Below, in pieces: positions 50,501-60,236 of a stretch of 64,000 bases of DNA; the first letter of the stretch is position 1, and each line of letters begins with the position of its first letter. The stretch is from Pavona decussata (taxonomy: Eukaryota): contig CDRNST010000123.1 in assembly GCA_977016875.1 (NCBI GenBank), forward strand, positions 806,001-870,000, written 5' to 3'. Both the position numbers and the translations under genes were made by a program. Below the pieces are notes generated by a model. The model ran no database searches, was not told where the DNA came from, and saw only the letters and a program-made list of their open reading frames with translations.

Positions 50501-53500
50501 CATGATCTTACTCGAATTAATTGAAATTAGACTTTGACCAATCTTAGATTAAGCCTAAGTTCTGCAGACGCCTGAATTGTTTCTCTTATCAGCCATATGG
50601 TTTGATATTATCCCAATTGAAGTGCACCTAGCACTTAAATAATTCCACCTTAAGTTAAAAAGTTCTTGGACAAATTTTTTGAATTGCTTGCATATGCGAT
50701 TTTCTGTGGCTCAGCGAAGTTTCGAAACTACCGTCAAAAACGGCGCGATTTTGTTTCGCGTCTAACAAATTAAACGGAGGACACGGAGCTATCTTATGCG
50801 TTCACTAACTTAAGGAGGAGCACACATAAAATGAGCTTAGGTATCAAGGCCTACTGAACTGTTCAGCCCTCTGCCGTGGGCTAATATGAAGATTTACAGG
50901 TCGACTGGTTACGGGCATCATTTATATCACGATGGTCGGCTGTGATTAGCGCATTTCGATCCTCAATGTTCCGGCAAGAAGTTGTTCACTCGGCGGTTCG
51001 CTGTTGTACCATTCTCCTATTGTTTCTTGTCCGTGGGCATCCATGCTTCGTGAATTTCAATTCCACTATCCTTGTTGATGTTATTAGGGTGAAGTCTTAT
51101 GTGGATAGCTTCCATGACCCTACAGGTGTACCAGTGAGAGTCTCGATCAATAAACTTAACCTCACCCAAAGCGGATAATGGCCGGTCTCGTGGGCGTGCT
51201 CAGAAACGGCGGAGGTCTGGGTACAAGCGAGTCGTATAACGAGTTTTTCTGTTTTTCGGCTTTTCTCTTTGTAGGGAAGAAGTTTGTTTAACACAGATTC
51301 ATACTTTCTGTTTCAGCAAAAAATAACCGGTTTTCCTTCACTGAATGTTTAATTTTTGGAATTTTATGGTAAAGCACAAATTCTGAAAAGCCGTTTACAT
51401 CCACGTCTTGTTGGCGATGTGTTCTTTATGTCACACCGAAGAAAGGACTTGAGCCACGCAACAACGCAAGCCGTTTATGCAATTTATTTTTTTCAAAGCC
51501 ATTGGCTCTAGAAATTTTTATAAGACCGGGTATACATGAGGTTATTTGTTGCCAAAATATAGGATATTATTATAGAAACAAGTTCTCGTTCGTATTCTGA
51601 GGTGTGCAATTGCTTTCTGCCCAAGAAATCGATCCCTTCTTATGGTTTATCATTTCAAGTGGAAAAGTTTGCTTCGGCTATTGTTTCTGTTTTGCGGACA
51701 ACTTGAACAAGTGGTCGTCTTTTTGTGCTTTCAGTTAGAAATCGGTCTCGCTTTGTTTTATTATCCTGCTTCAGTGACGCTCTAATTTTCTGCATTGTGC
51801 AGGCCGCTTCCTGATGAAATTACTGAGTTAGACAAAAGTAAAAACGCAATTTCGAGATGTACCTGTCTGTCCCGTTTAAAGAGTAACGAAGGTACCGGGT
51901 CAAAACCAGCCTACGCGCCTAAGTAACTGGACGATTCTGGGTAAGCTCGATCGGTTTCGATTGGACATATAACCTGTCGAAATGATAAAATAAACAGACT
52001 TGAAAATAAACCAGCTTAGACTTGTAATTGAAGAAAAATAAGGTGAAAGTTCGGCAACTGCGCATGGCTAATCGTTCCATTTTGGTACATGCACTTTCAT
52101 GGCAATTTTTCTTTCAGTCTCAGCGTGTACGGGTACTTTGGCTCGACTGCATCGAGCAAAAGTGGAAACGAAACTCATTGATTACCGTCATTGAAGATTC
52201 GGTGAAGGAAATTGAGGTTTGAAACAAAACATTGTTTCCTAGCCCCCATAATAAAAACAAGTGTTGAAGTCGCGGAGAATCACTATTTATTTACTTCTGT
52301 GTGAGGAAACCAAACACTTCCTCTAAACATTCAAGAAAAATGACGAAAAGAATGTGAAACCCAAGCGCAGTTAACTCTTGCTGATTATAAAAGTTTTGCA
52401 CACATCTACAAAACTCAGAGAGTTCCAATTAGAATGTTTACATAAAACCAAAATGTGCAGTTTTTGTGGCATTTCAGAAGAAACTTTTATTCAATCCATT
52501 TGTTTTGGGGTTGCATCTCCGTTGATAATATCCGTGGTGACCACACAGAACTTTAAATGCGTCACCAAATAGTAAGAGGGCTTAACATTTTCAACAAACT
52601 CAGGTTGTTCGGATTAAAAACCCACACGGATGACATTTTGTTGAATCACTCCTTATCATTGGCCAGATATGACATATTCATCAAATCCTGATTCCATGCA
52701 TAAATGTGTGTTTAACAGCCGAAAGAACTCAAGGAAAATTATATCTTTGAATAAGAGGTAGCCAATCAAAACAGACCTATATTTAATTGACAATAATGGT
52801 GCCGTATTTAGTCCACGTTCAAAGAAAGGCCATAGTTCTAGTCAGTTTCTCTTTCCAAACCAGTAATCAGGAATCCAGTGCCTACAATAATTATGATAAA
52901 ATAGTACCCCCAGGTACCTTAGGAAATAAGAATCGCTCTCGATGTTAGTCATGACGTCGTTCACACAGGTTACACACCTACATTCCCTTCATGTTTCTAA
53001 CTCTCTCCACAGCAGAGGCCCCTTTCCCACTCGAGCGGAGACATAACAACATGAAACAAGGGACTGGAGAGAGACGTTCCCCGCGCCCCATTTTTCTCCA
53101 TTTCCGTTTTTCTCCCCATTTCCGACTTTTTGCTTCCTTCTTTATGAAGGAACCTCTGCGGAGGAGAGAGTGTTTCTAACTATATTTCGTCTGTGTATGC
53201 TCTCGTAATTTGCACTAATCTATATATAATAACCAAACACCATTAATTGTAACGTAGTCTAACTAATCAAGCATAATAAAAACTATTTAATTAAAAATTG
53301 ATAAATGAATCAATCACGTACCGTAGCAAGCTCTAATGGGGGTTAGAGTACTGTTCCTCATTATCACAGCCTAGGGTGCCGAAAAATCATCATATCTATT
53401 AATTAAAAATTTTTATTTCGTAGCTTCTGTGCAGGCAGCGGCATCTTGCAAGAGCCACTATTCAGCCGGGCGGCATTCAAATGGATTGTTTTACATAAAC

Positions 53501-53521
53501 ATCGGAGGTTTTCCTTTTCAA
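31650..53521 (+). CDS. Gene B (tandem paralog of A), exons 1-17; 3'-partial in this window
   Basis: join(31650-31722,31958-32316,34506-34670,37335-37442,37806-37931,38329-38425,39107-39325,42110-42489,42783-42950,43291-43401,43946-44062,46841-46931,47291-47665,48450-48560,49842-49952,50329-50439,53424-53521). Exon lengths equal those of A except exon 17 (+6 nt); GT-AG intact. Confidence 0.88.
31958..32316 (+). CDS. Gene B exon 2, H-lectin-like
   Basis: 359 nt, about 11 differences from A exon 2. Confidence 0.92.
34506..34670 (+). CDS. Gene B exon 3
   Basis: [12 protein letters not shown]...HQNLQV|gtaag, 165 nt. Confidence 0.92.
35040..36760 (+). mobile_element. Degenerate L1/Tx1-like LINE 3' fragment in gene B intron 3, interrupted by unrelated sequence
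   Basis: KIK...[21 protein letters not shown] and [21 protein letters not shown]...CTFC (zf-RVT). Confidence 0.7.
35468..35528. repeat. (GCGGAGT)n 7-bp tandem repeat
   Basis: visible tandem array; gives spurious SALRTPH ORFs. Confidence 0.9.
37335..37442 (+). CDS. Gene B exon 4
   Basis: [11 protein letters not shown]...FAFCK|gtaat, 108 nt. Confidence 0.9.
37806..37931 (+). CDS. Gene B exon 5
   Basis: [14 protein letters not shown]...NTWIE|gttag, 126 nt. Confidence 0.9.
38329..38425 (+). CDS. Gene B exon 6
   Basis: [13 protein letters not shown]...YAVIG|gtaaa, 97 nt. Confidence 0.9.
39107..39325 (+). CDS. Gene B exon 7, follistatin/Kazal
   Basis: [16 protein letters not shown]...HPGDCT|gtaac, 219 nt. 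Confidence 0.93.
39609..40889 (+). CDS. BEL/Pao pol C-terminus: HHCC zinc finger, DDE integrase core, DUF5641-like region (partial)
   Basis: [13 protein letters not shown], HxxxxHAG...[43 protein letters not shown]; no ATG start. Confidence 0.88.
   Translation: MSKGRPVPRTSRVVSLDPQLVDGILRVGGRIDQAELPWEAKHPIILDHGHDVTRMIVIHYHQKLIHAGVEHVFNHLREKFWILHGRAEVKNCTVKCPLCHRRRVRPLTQKMSNLPEIRLGGVSTPFQHVGLDYAGPFKVRVGRNREEKRYVCLFTCLHMRAVHLEVTHSFNTDSCIMALRRFKARRGNPVRILSDNGTNFVGAERELREALAEFDQEQIQDELSARGVQWSFNPPAAPWLGGAWESLIKSTKRAMKVMLGNVLTVDETFLTVVAEVESLLNSRPLVYGGSSMSPSDLSALTPNHFLHGRASVNASPGEFVQRDMSLRRRWRHSQFLADQFWRRWRREYVPHLIERSKWPNIQRNLRRGDLVLVVDDNVPRGHWRLGRVMAPIASADGLIRSAESGTCVRPVGKLALLEAHHEEDKE
39609..41459 (+). 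mobile_element. 5'-truncated BEL/Pao LTR retrotransposon (integrase region, PPT, 3' LTR ~40922-41459) in gene B intron 7
   Basis: Purine-rich GGGCGGGGG followed by TGTTTTGGA...TTCCAAACA; the orthologous intron of A is only 195 bp. Confidence 0.85.
41466..41866. mobile_element. TTAA-flanked MITE (Kolobok-like termini)
   Basis: TTAA|GGACGGTGTCCACT ... AGTAGGCAACGTCC|TTAA. Confidence 0.65.
42110..42489 (+). CDS. Gene B exon 8
   Basis: 380 nt, homologous to 11388-11767. Confidence 0.92.
42783..42950 (+). CDS. Gene B exon 9
   Basis: [13 protein letters not shown]...HQSIHV|gtgag, 168 nt. Confidence 0.92.
43291..43401 (+). CDS. Gene B exon 10
   Basis: DWIAFEELH...NYAFCE|gtaag, 111 nt. Confidence 0.9.
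43946..44062 (+). CDS. Gene B exon 11
   Basis: [14 protein letters not shown]...SAWVE|gtaag, 117 nt. Confidence 0.9.
44109..46257. mobile_element. hAT-like non-autonomous element with GGAGCCC subterminal repeats, hosting a nested Penelope-like element (gene B intron 11)
   Basis: TIR CAGGGTCCCAAAGGGG / CCCCTTTGGGACCCTG; AAATGA on both flanks; absent from A intron 11. Confidence 0.8.
44704..45980 (+). mobile_element. Penelope-like retroelement RT, 5'-truncated and frameshifted
   Basis: [50 protein letters not shown]. Confidence 0.88.
46841..46931 (+). CDS. Gene B exon 12
   Basis: [15 protein letters not shown]...SYAVLP|gtagg, 91 nt. Confidence 0.9.
47291..47665 (+). CDS. Gene B exon 13, C-type lectin domain
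   Basis: [13 protein letters not shown]...WIGL...QPND...WND...CKK, 375 nt. Confidence 0.95.
48450..48560 (+). CDS. Gene B exon 14, cbEGF 1
   Basis: [37 protein letters not shown]. Confidence 0.92.
49371..49530 (+). repeat. tRNA-derived SINE-like repeat (uninterrupted relative of the copy split at 54506/57575)
   Basis: GAACCTAGTTTAATGGCCTTAGCT...TAGCTCAGTCGTGGAGCA...GGTTGGACTCC...GAGTATGCCTGTG. Confidence 0.7.
49842..49952 (+). CDS. Gene B exon 15, cbEGF 2
   Basis: [37 protein letters not shown]. Confidence 0.92.
50329..50439 (+). CDS. Gene B exon 16, cbEGF 3
   Basis: [37 protein letters not shown]. Confidence 0.92.
50895..51237 (-). mobile_element. Penelope-like 3' fragment (C-terminal part of GIY-YIG endonuclease)
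   Basis: Minus strand [23 protein letters not shown], frameshift, then [30 protein letters not shown]. Confidence 0.75.
52380..52680 (+). mobile_element. Highly degenerate LINE zf-RVT fragment
   Basis: STKLREFQ...[10 protein letters not shown]. Confidence 0.45.
53424..53521 (+). CDS. Gene B exon 17
   Basis: cgtag|(A)[32 protein letters not shown]|gtgagt. Confidence 0.85.
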
Positions 53522-54069
53522 GTGAGTATTTCAATCATTAATTGCTCTTGTAACTGTAGGTACCCTCATGAAACGATCATTATCACAGATAGTAAATTGA
53601 TCAAGGGAGTCAAGCTGCTTTTCTGTTTTTGAAGTAAATGAACAACCAGTGCAGGTACAACCGTTATTAATGATGATAAGCAATTAAAATAATGACAACA
53701 ATTTTCAGGCTTCGTTGCTTTGGTTTTCTGTAAGAATTATTTTTCTGAGCCTTTAAACACCAACAACATCAGCCAAATAGAGATGCCATTACTAAGTAAT
53801 GCAGATATATTAAGTAGGAATATAAGTTTCCACTGTTTCAGCAAATTCAAAAAAGATTCTGACGGGGCTTGAAAATCCTTGTTATATCCGTGGGAGGCAA
53901 GTAGAAGGATTTCAAGAAATTCGAATAGCTTTCAAAAAGAAACAAATTGACAAAATTATCTACATACAAACAGGATGCTTATAACTGGAAGCCAAATCAA
54001 TAAAACGCTGTTAGCGTTTACACTTGTTCCTGAAATTTTTTGTTTTGGGCCCTTAGGTTGTAAGCGAGG

Positions 54070-54312
54070 GCAAAAACAAATTTAATTTAACAATACAGTT
54101 GATGTTCGCGGGCGTAAATGTGCTTTTGGCACGGACTCTGCAGCTCATTTAAGTCCGAGCCACAGGCTAAAATGAGTTCTGAGAAGGGCCAAAAACAATT
54201 TAATATAACAATACAGTTGATGTTCGCGGGCGTAAATGTGCTTTTGGCACGGACTCAGCTCATCTTAGTCCGAGCCACAGGCTAAAATGAGTTCTGAGAA
54301 GGGCTAAAAACA
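54070..54312. repeat. ~118-bp tandem duplication
   Basis: AACAATACAGTTGATGTTCGCGGGCGTAAATGTGCTTTTGGCACGGACTC...GAGTTCTGAGAAGGGC occurs twice. Confidence 0.85.
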
Positions 54313-54349
54313 TATTTACGCCCAATAACATCAACTCTATTACTATTGG

Positions 54350-54506
54350 AAATAATGTGATGGAATATGTTAAGCCTGGGGAATACATGAGGATGATGTC
54401 TTAATCATGCACTTAATGACACAGGCATACTCGGAAAAAAAATCCGAGTGCTCCTATCAGGAGTCGAACCTAAGACCTTCCGATTACTAATTCGGATGCT
54501 CTACCA
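54350..54506 (-). repeat. tRNA-derived SINE-like repeat, 3' part (5' part at 57575-57630); split by the transposon
   Basis: Rejoined minus strand reads TAGCTCAGTGGTAGAGCATCCGAATTAGTAATCGGAAGGTCTTAGGTTCGACTCCTG (A and B boxes). Confidence 0.8.
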
Positions 54507-57500
54507 TATGGTTGGCCATTCGTTTCAAAATTATGACATGATATACGTGGGTATTTTTGCCGAGTATACTCGTAGCATCCGTTATGTATGGGCTTTTATC
54601 CCATATATATGGCCATTTATATCGCGTATATACGCGTACTAAAATACGCGTATATATGCGTCACCACCGGCGCGCAGATTTGCGTAATTAATGCCCATAT
54701 ATACGCGTGCTAAAATGCGCGTATACGCGGGGTTTCGAAATTCTGTCTGTGTATGTGGGCACGAAAAGTACCTTCATTTGGGAAGGCCTCCATGTATGAT
54801 GGCAATGAAAAAAACATGGCGGCCATTTTAAGATCTCTTGTTGTGGTCTTGCTTCTTCTTTCTTCTTGTCACTACTCTCCTACAAAAGAACTCTTAGAGA
54901 CTATTACTCAGCTTTTAACCGACTGTTCAAGGTCTTATCCTCACGCTGATCGCAACATGGCGGAGAATTTGATCGTCCGCCTTGAGGTTGCTGTAGATTC
55001 TGTTCGCCGTTTGGTTGATTCGTTGGACAGAGGTGATCAAGCGAATGACGAGAGAATGCCACATCTTGAATCCCCGGTGAGATAGCTTCAAATCTTATTA
55101 AGCAGATGGAAAATGTTTGAAATAAGAGCAGTTTCATGCACCTCTTTACGCCCCATTAGGGCTTTGCCAGGTGTGTCAGCTACACCTAATTCGCCCGGCG
55201 TACGAAATTTCAATATCTCAATTGGAGTATCTAGGAAACAGAATGAGATTTAATTGGCCCCAGATAACAAGAATGTTATTAGTTTCCAGAACTACTCTTT
55301 GACGTAGAGTAAGGAACATGGAGTCATTTTTCCTTCAAAGTCGTTATACAACCATCTCAGATTCTGATTTAGACGAATTAATTCGACATGTAAGACGTGG
55401 GTTTCCTAATGGTATTAGCATGATGCTGGGACATTTGCGAAGTAGAAATATCTATGTTCAGCGTCAACGTGTAAGGTCTAGTTTGGTTCGAACTGACCCA
55501 GCGGGGAGTGCTATGAGGTGGTTTAATACTATTACAAGGCGCGTTTACAGCGTCAGGGGACCTAATTCTCTCTGGCACATTGATGGACTGCACTGCCTTA
55601 TCCGTTGGAGATTTGTAATACATGGCGGGATAGATGGGTTTTCCAGACTTATAGTGTATTTAAGTTGTGCAACAAACAATTATGCCTCGACAGTGCTTGC
55701 CCTTTTCTTAGCAGCTGTTGGGAGTAATGGATGGCCCTCTAGAGTGCGTTCAGACAAAGGGGGTGAAAACATAGAGGTAGCAAGAGCTATGCTGAGGCAC
55801 AGGGGGTTGGATAGGGGGAGCATAATTGCTGGGCTGTCTGTACACAATCAAAGAATTGAGTGTCTTTTGAGAGATGTCTTCATTGGAGTTGGCCATTTTT
55901 CTACACCTTGTTCTACCAAATGGAAGAGAATGGTATCCTGGAATCAACGAGTATTATCGATCTGTTTTGTTTGCATCACATCTTTCTTCCAAGAATCAAC
56001 CATCAGTTAAATCTCCTTGTTGAAGCATGGAATAGTCATCCTGGATTCACAGAGGGTCATTGGACTCCTCAACAAATCTGGGTGAATGGTATGATTTCTC
56101 AAGATAATGCAGGGCATACTGCAGTCAGGGGCATTTTTGATGACAACAGCCAACCAGATGAGTTATATGGTGAAGACCCAACAGGACCAGCACCAAATGA
56201 ACTTGACCTGGGCAGTGTTGAGGTACCAGACACAAATTTCTCATTAACTGACACAGAACTTGCAGCTATTTCGTATATACAACCTCACGACTTGCCATGA
56301 GTAATAACTATGGGGTGGATCTCTACTTGGAAACTCGACAACTTATTTTGGTACTCATGCAAACCCGCCAAAATTAAGCAACAAACCTTTGACTTATCAG
56401 ATAATCTCAGTGGAAATACATGTAACTTAGAGTAAAAGACAGAAACATGGATTATAAAAATGAAGTACTTCAATGAAGAAATGTTGAAATTGTTCTGGTC
56501 AATGTTGCATTTTATAATGCACATATAAAAATCATGATCTCCTCTCTTTTGTTTATATTAAGCAAACATTTACTTTTGAACAGTTTACGGTTCAATAAGG
56601 TTGAGTTTGTGGGCAGAATTTGCGTCACTTGTTATAGTTTAGCTAGAGAATTCCTGGGGGGGGGGGGGGGGTGTTCCCATATGGATAAGACAGGGATACT
56701 CATCAGAAATTTTGAATTAAACCTTTAAAGCAGACCAATCTGGGCGTGGCTCAAGCTTTATTTGACCCCTATAAGATACCATTCCAGGGATTCCAAAAAT
56801 GACAGACAAGTAAGAGGTATAGTGATTAGCATGAAGTTGCAATCCGGCGATCCCTGGTAATCAAACCTCTTACGCAGTGTGACAGTATTTTTTATTTCTT
56901 CGCGTGCAACCCTAAACGATAATTTGATACACGTAAAGAGGTGCATGAAACTGCTCTTATTGCAAACATTTCCTATCTGTTTAAAAAGATTTGAAGCTGT
57001 CTCACCAGGGATTCAAGATGTGGTATTCTCTCGTCATTCGCTTGATCAACGAATCAACCAAACGGCGAACAGAATCTACAGCAACCTCAAGGCGGACGAT
57101 CAAATTCTCCGCCATGTTGCGATCAGCGTGAGGATAAAACCTTGAACAGTCGGTTAAAAGCCGAGTAATAGTCTCCAAGAGTTCTGTTGTAGGAGAGCAG
57201 TGACAAGAAGTAAGAAGAAGAAAGGCCACAACAAGAAATCTTAAAATGGCCGCCATGTTTTTTCATTGCCATCATACATGGAGGCCTTCCCAAATAAGGT
57301 ACTTTTCGTGCCTACATACACAGACGGAATTTCGAAACCCCGCGTATACGCGCATTTTAGCACGCGTATATATGGGCCCTTTTTGGACACGTATATATGG
57401 GCATTAATTACGCATATATGCGCGCCGGTGGTGACGCATATATACGCGTATATACGCGATATAAATGGCCATATATATGGGATAAAAGCCCATACATAAC

Positions 57501-57574
57501 GGATGTTACGAGTATACGCGGCAAAAATATCCACGTATATCATGTCATAATTTTGAAACGAATGGCCAACCATA
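54507..57574 (+). mobile_element. IS3EU-like DDE DNA transposon with ~640-bp inverted arms and 6-bp TSD
   Basis: CTACCA|TATGGTTGGCCATTCG...CGAATGGCCAACCATA|CTACCA; arms 54507-55150 / 56932-57574; integrase-like ORF inside. Family name rests on recalled IS3EU features (TAY..RTA ends, 6-bp TSD). Confidence 0.8.
54816..56377 (+). pseudogene. Disrupted DDE transposase/integrase-core gene
   Basis: HTH-like QLEYL...FNWPQITRMLLVSRTTL*RR; core [41 protein letters not shown]; tail SNNYGVDLY. Stops near 55083 and 55300; frameshifts near 55170, 55895 and 56285. Confidence 0.85.
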
Positions 57575-58869
57575 CTACCACTGAGCTACAGGAGAATCGT
57601 GGAAGCTAAGGCCACTAATGCTATGTTTGTCCCATGAACCTAGTTTAAAGGCCTTAGCTCCCACGCATTAACTTAAAACTTTGGCAGAACACCGCAAAAT
57701 TTGTCAAAAGAATCTTTGCTTTTAAGTTTTCAAAAGGAAAATAAAAGAATTTTGTCAACAGCGAAGTGTTAAAATTAATTGTGCAATTTCTAAACAGAGC
57801 GGGTTTCGCTCAACGAAGACAATTTTACATTCACCTCGCCACCGGCCATGGAGCTACTACAGGCATTATTTCCACCATCGCCCACGAGTTTCTGTATTTT
57901 AAAAAGACTTCTTCATCTAGCTGACACGACTAAGAATTTGCTTCTTCGTTAGGTTTTTCAGCCATTTTGTAGCTCAAACAATTTCTTTGTAGATGGCAGC
58001 GCTTCCAGTCAAACAAGCAAGAAAACGGTGCGAACAGTTGCATGGTTTCCAGTTCTGATTGGCTGGCTATGTTATTTTCTTCTTTTTTATTGGCTTAGAG
58101 CAGCACTGAATTCCCTATTTTAGCCCGCAAAATACGCCGCAATGTTCGATGAAATTATTATAATAACCAGTTTAAAAACAAGTAATAAGGATTGTTAAGA
58201 ACATGTACCGAATTAGACTGTAGCACAGTCCTCATTTGTCATCCATAAGTGTAAACGGTTTATTGAGTTGGCTCCTGAATTTTAATTATGGATTTCAAAT
58301 AGAAAATAAGAATCAAATTAATGTTATGGCTAGAAATGTGTACAAGTCGCATGTTCCTGAACTATTGCGTACTACGATTGTGAAAAGGGCACCCCCTTTG
58401 GGCGAAGCCTAATATCCTTAAAACCCTATTACATGGAGTTTTACCCCTTCACCCCCTCCCCTCACCCCTCAACACGCCCTTCCCCATCCCTCCAAGGCAA
58501 ATGCATGACTCTCAAAAGTAACGAAGGCCGGACAGGATAATTTAAACAATCAGCAATGAAGTCGCCTTGGTTACATTCTTTTAAAAAGTTAGACTGAAGT
58601 CCCTTATTGAATACTGACCGTAAATAAAAAATTATTTTCACAACAACAACAACAAAAAAAAAAAACTAAGGAGACGATCAAAATTGCGGCATGAGGGTTT
58701 GCTACCAGCGTATTATAAACTTTTTACCCTCAGCTAGCAGAGGTTTCTTTCTGGCAAGTCTTTTAGCATTGGGACTGGGACGAGATGGTCACAGCGAACA
58801 GACGCGTTTCGCTGTAGAGCGCCCTTTTCGCCTCCTTAAAGCCGAAAAAAATGAAAGCAAACAGTATAT

Positions 58870-59766
58870 ATGATGACAAACAAGAAGCGTAACCGACAAA
58901 GGAAACAGAGTGAAGCAAGCAGCGCGTCCTCCAGCGACGAAAACTCTCCCGCAGCAAAGAAATCCAATTTGACAGACGCCACGAGGTGTGACATCCCGGC
59001 CATCATGTCGGCACAAACGTTACATTCGGTGAGTGAAGAACCAAGTATCGGCCAAATAAGGCAAGTATTAATGAAAATACAAGCTGATGTTACAACGATA
59101 TTAAACGACAATCAGGAACTAAGAAAGGACGTGGAAAATTTGAAGACCTCGATGCAATTTCACGCTGAAATGGTAGATGCACTCAAAACGCAAAATGAGA
59201 AACTTGTTTCAACAAACAACGCTTTACATAGCGAAGTATTTGATTTGGGAAAGAGAGTGCAAACACTTGAATACGAGCACGATGCCCTAGAGCAATATAC
59301 GCGTAAATTTAATATCGAAATCCATGGCATTCCAGAATTCGAAGGTGAAAACCTGCAAGACATTGTCATCAAAACGGGCCAAAGAATGTCAGTAGATGTA
59401 ACAACCGAGGACATTGACATTGTACATCGACTGTACCGAAAGTCGCCAGCCATTAAACCCATAATTGTTCGCTTCACTACATACAAGAAGAGACGAGAAT
59501 TTTATAAAGGAAGATTTAATTTAAAAGAAGCGAATACTACAGAGATCATCGGGTCAACACAGGGAGATACAGAAGGAAGAATCTTCATAAACGAGAACCT
59601 TACACAATACAGACAAGAAATTCTGTCTAAGGCAAGAAAAATGAAAAGAGCTGAAAAGATCAATCGAGTTTGGACTGTGGATGGGAAAATTTTTGTTCGG
59701 AAAACTGAGGAGTCCAGACCGCTTAGAATCAGTGAGGCTTGGGAATTAGAAGAACTGGCAACCTGA
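58870..59766 (+). CDS. LINE ORF1-like protein (coiled coil, RRM-like region, CTD)
   Basis: 298-aa open ORF; heptads, LEQYTRKFNIEIHGIPE, IDIVHRL, PIIVRF, IFINENLT, VWTVDGKIFV. Confidence 0.85.
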   Translation: MMTNKKRNRQRKQSEASSASSSDENSPAAKKSNLTDATRCDIPAIMSAQTLHSVSEEPSIGQIRQVLMKIQADVTTILNDNQELRKDVENLKTSMQFHAEMVDALKTQNEKLVSTNNALHSEVFDLGKRVQTLEYEHDALEQYTRKFNIEIHGIPEFEGENLQDIVIKTGQRMSVDVTTEDIDIVHRLYRKSPAIKPIIVRFTTYKKRREFYKGRFNLKEANTTEIIGSTQGDTEGRIFINENLTQYRQEILSKARKMKRAEKINRVWTVDGKIFVRKTEESRPLRISEAWELEELAT

Positions 59767-60236
59767 TTATACTATGACTGTTTACCTCATATCCTTTAAT
59801 ACCTCATAAGTCGTTGGTGTAAGGAAAAATGAACAGACTTAGATATACTACATTATTCAATCATCATCAATTTTTTTTTATTAAATTACACGACCGGTTT
59901 TCAGGAGGCAAACACACCGTTATTAGACTATGCTTGTTTGATCGCTCGTCAAACCTTTTTTGTTTACTTGCTATCACATTAGGTCTTTAGTAATTTTAGT
60001 TATTATTTGCATTTGTTATATCGTTCTCCTATTTTTCCGTTTTGAATATAATCTTTTTTTCCCCTTTAGGTTTACTAGCATCATACATTTAGTTCGAGCA
60101 ACATCGGCGAATCGTTTGTTTTTAAATTGCTTATTTCTTGCATTTGTGATTTGCATGTATTTATATTGCCTGCTATCATCTTTTGTTCTGTTGATTAATG
60201 GATTCTGCAGTCCCAATGTTACTTTCCGCAAGTACG

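Noticed and set aside
50880-50930. Hammerhead ribozyme after the Penelope EN fragment
   Set aside because: No CTGAnGA/GAAA core is present; the copy appears to end before it.
53424-53440. Alternative acceptor GTGCAG|GCAGCG in B exon 17
   Set aside because: It would be out of phase with the phase-1 EGF donor; the upstream TAG acceptor matches A.
31650-53521. Gene B as an uncollapsed haplotype of gene A
   Set aside because: Signal exon about 27% divergent, and introns differ widely in sequence and TE content; too much for alleles.
55295-55310. In-frame TGA in the transposase as recoding or selenocysteine
   Set aside because: Several other stops and frameshifts indicate ordinary decay (probably TGG>TGA).
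55318-56010. Bacterial IS contamination or recent horizontal transfer of an IS3/IS481 transposase
   Set aside because: The element is integrated with a TSD into a host-type repeat, is decayed, and has motifs of the eukaryotic integrase-core family.
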